Positions 27,584-32,000 of a stretch of 32,000 nt of DNA are shown piece by piece. Location of the stretch: contig NC_020304.1 of NCBI RefSeq assembly GCF_000341395.1, positions 960,001 through 992,000 on the forward strand, in the 5' to 3' direction. Source of the DNA: Desulfocapsa sulfexigens DSM 10523. GTDB taxonomy: Bacteria > Desulfobacterota > Desulfobulbia > Desulfobulbales > Desulfocapsaceae. Position 1 is the first letter of the stretch. Every line of letters starts with the position of its first letter. A program made the position numbers and the translations under genes. The notes under the pieces are model-generated. The model searched no databases. It was not told the DNA's origin and was given only the letters and a program-made list of their open reading frames with translations.

Positions 27584-29038
27584 CTACTTTTTCCGAAATG
27601 ACACAGCCCAGGAGCCTATAAACTTCATACCAGAATTCTTCACAGCATAATTCACCCGATTTTTCACCAGATCCTTTGGCCCCTGGCCCAAAATTTCAGC
27701 CAGTGATTTCAAAAAATAATCAATCTGCTCCTCGGTGATAACCAAAGGAGGATACACCCGAAGCACTGCCCGGTTATTGAGCATCAGGGTACCGAGTATA
27801 CCATGTTGCTTGAGCAGTGCCGCTGCAACCATTCCGGGAAGATGTTCACGAAGCACTGATTTTAAACCGGGTAATTTCAATGGCAGATATTTAGCCTGAT
27901 CAATCACATCAACGTCAAATTCAATGCCTGCCATCAGGCCACGCCCCCGCACATCTTTGATCCACTCCGGATACTCGCCCTGTAGACGTTTAAGGCCATC
28001 CAGCAACTGTTTTCCACGCTCCTGAGTATTGAGCAGGAGATTCTCTTCCTGTAAGACCTCAAGAGCTGCCATGGCGGCTGCACAGGATGTTGCCCGGCCC
28101 CCGAAGGTTGATGTCTGTACAAGGCAGTCATGGGGATTTTCATATGCAGTTTGAAATACCTTGGAGGTGGTAATGGTGGCCCCAATGGTGGCCACGCCAC
28201 CCCCCAGAGACTTGGCCATGGCAACAATATCAGGAACAACCCCTTCCTGCTCACAGGCAAGGAATGTCCCGGTACGTCCCATGCCGGTCTGAATTTCATC
28301 GAGTATCAGCAATACTCCGAAACGATCGCATAATTCCCGTACCTCACGCAGATACCCAACCGGCGGAATCATAATCCCGGCCTCTCCCTGGATGGGTTCC
28401 AGAATAACCGCCGCCACCTGTTGTCTACCGTCCCGCTTGTTTTGTTCCAGCAGGTGTTCCAGTTCATCGCTCTTGCCATAGGGTACATGTTGAGCTGGAA
28501 GCGTTGGAAAAAATTCACGAAGACGTTCACTGCCGGTAACCGATAATGCCCCTATTGTTTTGCCGTGAAGCGAATTGTCCGCATAGATAAACACAGGTCG
28601 TTCCCCTTTAAAACAGCGGGATGCCATCTTTAATGCAGCCTCAACGGCTTCTGTTCCCGAGTTGCAGAAGTAGACCTTGGAGAGGTCACCGGGAAGCAGC
28701 AATGACAGATTGTGGGCCAGAAAAGCGGTATAAGGGGAGAGGAGTTCCTTGGAAAGGTCGACTCGCTGCTGATTTTGAACATCCTGCACAGCACGGATAA
28801 TTTTGGGGTGATTATGGCCAAAATTCAAGGCGCCATAGGAGGAGACAAAATCAAGAATCTCTTTGCCATCGCTTGAGGTAATTACCGCTCCCCGTGCACT
28901 CTGCGGATTTATGGCCGTATATTCACCGATCTCCAGAAGCGCCACCAGCCCAGGATTAATATGTTCACGAAATTTTTCCACTGCCTCTGTATAGGGACGC
29001 TCTGTAACTTCATCTACGGGAATCCAGTCAGTATGCAT
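27584..29038 (-). CDS. Class III (PLP) aminotransferase
   Basis: 484 aa. FCNSGTEAVEAALKMA, ILDEIQTGMGRTG and PLP-Lys context DIVAMAKSLGGG. Confidence 0.93.
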   Translation of the reverse strand: MHTDWIPVDEVTERPYTEAVEKFREHINPGLVALLEIGEYTAINPQSARGAVITSSDGKEILDFVSSYGALNFGHNHPKIIRAVQDVQNQQRVDLSKELLSPYTAFLAHNLSLLLPGDLSKVYFCNSGTEAVEAALKMASRCFKGERPVFIYADNSLHGKTIGALSVTGSERLREFFPTLPAQHVPYGKSDELEHLLEQNKRDGRQQVAAVILEPIQGEAGIMIPPVGYLREVRELCDRFGVLLILDEIQTGMGRTGTFLACEQEGVVPDIVAMAKSLGGGVATIGATITTSKVFQTAYENPHDCLVQTSTFGGRATSCAAAMAALEVLQEENLLLNTQERGKQLLDGLKRLQGEYPEWIKDVRGRGLMAGIEFDVDVIDQAKYLPLKLPGLKSVLREHLPGMVAAALLKQHGILGTLMLNNRAVLRVYPPLVITEEQIDYFLKSLAEILGQGPKDLVKNRVNYAVKNSGMKFIGSWAVSFRKK

Positions 29039-29040
29039 TT

Positions 29041-30462
29041 TTATGGGTGAGCAAGTAGAGGTTCAAAGTGATAGGGATACTCACGGAAAAATTCTTCCAG
29101 AGCCGTTGCAGTACGCAATGCCTCCCTGGGGTTGGCCACCAGCTGAATGGCCCCCTGGAAAAAACCCTGCTGAGGCGACATTTTTCCAGAGGCAACTTGC
29201 AAAAATGTGTTGCCATCGGTGGTGTATCCAAAATTTCCTGATGATCCTCTGGCAATCCTTATCAATATCCCGTTCATAATGGTAACTGTCCAGGTAGTAT
29301 AGCCCTTGATCTCAATTTGAAGACAGGCTGAAAGGGATGCCAGATTCTTGATTAACGGCTTTCCGGTATACTGTGGTAGAAAATGAGTAAAATAGCGTTC
29401 AAGGTGAAATTGCTCATCGTGGCTGACTCCTCTGTCGAGTTCCTTTTTAGTGGAAAGAAAGATGATAAACGCGGAAAGGAGATCTTCTTCTTTAATGGCA
29501 GGCAAAACCTCCTTCCCCAGAGAATCTTCCAGATTATCTCTGGCAAACGTTGTGGTCAGATTAAGGTAGGGAGCATACACCTTCGTCTTTTTCGAGAGGA
29601 TTTTTTCTGGCCTTGTTAACTCTTCTTTCTCAACGCCGGCGGCAGTAACCCATGCAACAGCCTCCCTTGCAAAAGCCTGATTAAAAACCCGTGCCAGAGT
29701 ATCATTTGGGAGGGCTACAGCTGGTGTGAGATGGTATGTTTTCCCGTGATCACCACTTTTTTCGGCAAGATCCGCAAGTGCTAAGGCCACATCATCATTA
29801 AAGACAAAGGGCAGATGAGCCCTGGGATTCCCTTCCACCCGCAAGGTCTTGAGACGGTTTTTCCGTTTGGCACCTTCAAGACAGAGGCGAAACACCCCGT
29901 CCAAAAACACAAAAGGGCCAAAGACAGAGATACTGGCCGCAGTTGGTCTTCGTTCCAGAACAATTGATGGTCTATACACCGTATACTGTGGAGATGGTTC
30001 CTCACGCAGAACACACTCCCCTCTGTATTTGGACTCTTCATAGAAGTTATGAAAACCTTGCCCTTCCTGCAGCTGATCTTCCCGAAATTCTCCTCCCCAG
30101 TCACCGCAGACAAAGGCGGTGGACACGTGATGGAGCCAGGCTCCACTGATCAGGGCCAGTTCTTTGATATGGCGCACACCTTCAATGTTTACGGCTCCAT
30201 ACTCTTCAAGAGACTTGCCCTTGAAATCCGTTCGTGCAGCGAGATGAAAAATGCTGTCAACCTCCCGGCACAGTTGTTGCCATTCTTCGTCAGGCAAACC
30301 CAGCAAGGGTTTACTTACATCCCCTGTCAGCCAGCGCAGCTGAGAGCTGTCTGGCTCTTCGGGATGACGACAAAGAGCTGTTACCCTCTGTCCCCGCGCC
30401 AGAAGAAGATCAATTAAAGGACGGCCGATGATACCACTGCCCCCTGTCACCAGAACGGTCAT
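29041..30462 (-). CDS. Extended SDR / thioester-reductase-like domain fused to SCP2-like C-terminal domain
   Basis: 473 aa. N-terminal LVTGGSGIIGRPL, FHLAART and YEESKYRGE active site; C-terminal GNTFLQVASGKMSPQQGFFQGAIQLVANP resembles SCP2 sterol-binding folds. Confidence 0.8.
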   Translation of the reverse strand: MTVLVTGGSGIIGRPLIDLLLARGQRVTALCRHPEEPDSSQLRWLTGDVSKPLLGLPDEEWQQLCREVDSIFHLAARTDFKGKSLEEYGAVNIEGVRHIKELALISGAWLHHVSTAFVCGDWGGEFREDQLQEGQGFHNFYEESKYRGECVLREEPSPQYTVYRPSIVLERRPTAASISVFGPFVFLDGVFRLCLEGAKRKNRLKTLRVEGNPRAHLPFVFNDDVALALADLAEKSGDHGKTYHLTPAVALPNDTLARVFNQAFAREAVAWVTAAGVEKEELTRPEKILSKKTKVYAPYLNLTTTFARDNLEDSLGKEVLPAIKEEDLLSAFIIFLSTKKELDRGVSHDEQFHLERYFTHFLPQYTGKPLIKNLASLSACLQIEIKGYTTWTVTIMNGILIRIARGSSGNFGYTTDGNTFLQVASGKMSPQQGFFQGAIQLVANPREALRTATALEEFFREYPYHFEPLLAHP

Positions 30463-31700
30463 GACAAATGCCCCTGACTGGCAGCTGCCTCGTTCCAGCG
30501 TTTCTGCTGCTGAAGAGTCTCCTCGGCCGTGGGAATATGGTTGACCAGCCTTCGAATATTTGCCTCCATGGTGGCGATATAACCTTTCAGCAACTCCGGA
30601 CCATTGGTCTTAAGATGCTTTGCTGCCCATCTATCACAATGACCGCAGCCTTCACAGCCGAGACGGCAATCCGGTTCCGTCCTGTGAAAATAATCAAGAA
30701 AGCCAGACAGCTCATCATTTTCAAGACTAATTTCCAGAGGATCAAGCTTCGTCCCATCAGCCTGCTTTCGAAATTGCAGCCAGTGAGGCCAACCAAGCAA
30801 GGCCAGCAAATTTCCCTTAAATTCTCCCTGCAGATAAAACCTGGCCCGATCTAACAACTCGCCACTCTCAAGTCCCCGTCCGGCAATCTTAAAATGATGG
30901 AGTCCAATTTCTTCATAGAAATGCAGATCCTCAGGACGTACCCAGGGACTGCGCATAAACTCGCCGGGGTTTTTTAGTTTCTCCAGATAACACCAGTTAA
31001 GATAATACTGATTATAGGGATGACCACAACCGTCCTTGTGAATATGACCTCCAGAAGCGGCAGTGCAATAGTGATTAAATTTAAAATGACATTGATAGAG
31101 ACAGACCGGGTTCACAACAATCTCCAGATCGACCCTGCTCCCTGGCGTCACACGGCGCAAAAAACGAAAATCGCGATTCACCTCCACGTCGAGGACAATT
31201 CGACTGGCTCCAATCTCTTCAAACTGATTAATACCACGTTTGGCCCCCACATAGCCAATGGTGGAAACAACCACCTCGAGTTCCGGGAAGCTGCTCTTGA
31301 TAATATCCACAAGATATGGTGCTGTAACTGTAACGGATGCGACTCCACAATCACAAAGGAACTGCAACAGCTCCTCAAACTCCTGGCGCCCGTCATGGGT
31401 GTACTCAAAATTGGCGTAACTGGGGGAGTTAAGCAGGTAATTGAAGGCAATATCCTGATCGAGCGCCAGACGCACATGTTTTTGAAATTCTGATCTGCTG
31501 ATAAGAGGGAGATATTTAGCGGGCCGTGCAGAATGAAAAGAGCCGTGCTGAAAAGAACCGTAGAGTTCAAAGACCCTTCCGCCACTCTCGCTATAGCGGC
31601 TGTTGAGTTCAGCAAGATCAGTAATAAAACCATCGCTAAAGCTGGTGGGCAATGTTATGCGTCTCGAAGAGAGTACCTGACTGCTTTTTTTCTGTGTCAT
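30459..31700 (-). CDS. Peptidase U32-like family protein
   Basis: 413 aa. VVVSTIGYVGAKRGINQFEEIGASRIVLDVEVNRDF and multiple conserved Cys (NPVCLYQC, NWCYLEK, CRLGCEGCGHCDRW), as in Fe-S-containing U32 proteins. Confidence 0.75.
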   Translation of the reverse strand: MTQKKSSQVLSSRRITLPTSFSDGFITDLAELNSRYSESGGRVFELYGSFQHGSFHSARPAKYLPLISRSEFQKHVRLALDQDIAFNYLLNSPSYANFEYTHDGRQEFEELLQFLCDCGVASVTVTAPYLVDIIKSSFPELEVVVSTIGYVGAKRGINQFEEIGASRIVLDVEVNRDFRFLRRVTPGSRVDLEIVVNPVCLYQCHFKFNHYCTAASGGHIHKDGCGHPYNQYYLNWCYLEKLKNPGEFMRSPWVRPEDLHFYEEIGLHHFKIAGRGLESGELLDRARFYLQGEFKGNLLALLGWPHWLQFRKQADGTKLDPLEISLENDELSGFLDYFHRTEPDCRLGCEGCGHCDRWAAKHLKTNGPELLKGYIATMEANIRRLVNHIPTAEETLQQQKRWNEAAASQGHLS

Positions 31701-31715
31701 TCGATAGTAGGTCGC

Positions 31716-32000
31716 TCAAAAAGAATCCATGGCAAAAGGGTATGACCCTATCAATGTGGCCTTTTGCGTGGAGTGATGGAAACGGTACAGGTCAATGGAT
31801 AGATCGCGACTGTACTCCTTTTGAGGAAAAATCACTGCAAAGCTTTTCTCTTCTCCCGGGGCAAGTACTGAAGAAATATTAATTTTCTTCTTTTCAACCA
31901 CTGTTCCATCAGGCTGCCGCCAGCTGAGGACAACAAAAAGCTCCTTAGTACCATAGGTTCCCGTAGGTAAATCATGGGGCAGACTGTTTTTCAGCCTAAA
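31716..32000 (-). CDS. Partial hypothetical protein (continues beyond the window)
   Basis: Minus-strand frame remains open to the window edge and ends at 31716 (..GSYPFAMDSF*). The track's Met start at 31901 is probably internal. Confidence 0.5.
   Translation of the reverse strand, partial: FRLKNSLPHDLPTGTYGTKELFVVLSWRQPDGTVVEKKKINISSVLAPGEEKSFAVIFPQKEYSRDLSIDLYRFHHSTQKATLIGSYPFAMDSF

Overview
The window looks like a deltaproteobacterial-type chromosome segment (taxonomy is inferred, not tested). From left to right: (1) a divergent two-component system, with an NtrC-type sigma54 activator (326-1678, -) and its histidine kinase (1678-3075, -). (2) A + strand operon preceded by a near-consensus sigma54 promoter (3311-3325) and two copies of a palindromic motif GTTKCA-N3-TGCAAC. 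It encodes a USP-like protein, a small unknown protein, an LCIB/theta-carbonic-anhydrase-like protein, and a Hyf/Ehr-type membrane complex (HyfB-, C-, E-, F-, G-like and a ferredoxin-HyfI fusion). The large subunit of that complex lacks both NiFe cysteine pairs. A beta-carbonic anhydrase gene follows, with a related palindrome (GTTACA-N3-TGCAAC) upstream. This possible energy-coupled CO2/bicarbonate system is the main candidate for something undescribed. (3) Two 180-bp hairpin repeats flank an ATP-grasp gene and a divergent secreted Gly-rich peptide gene. (4) A SEC-C-containing methionine aminopeptidase. (5) A chromosomal integron: intI at 22560-23579 (+), an attI-type junction near 22418, and two attC sites whose R boxes match cassette to cassette. 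The cassettes carry uncharacterised proteins on the minus strand, with a RelE/Phd-type toxin-antitoxin at the distal side. A 27-bp near-direct repeat brackets the island. (6) A minus-strand operon resembling a lipid or secondary-metabolite pathway: U32-like protein, SDR/reductase with SCP2-like tail, class III aminotransferase, MMPL exporter, adenylate-forming-like enzyme and alpha/beta hydrolase. No rRNA, tRNA or CRISPR was recognised by eye.
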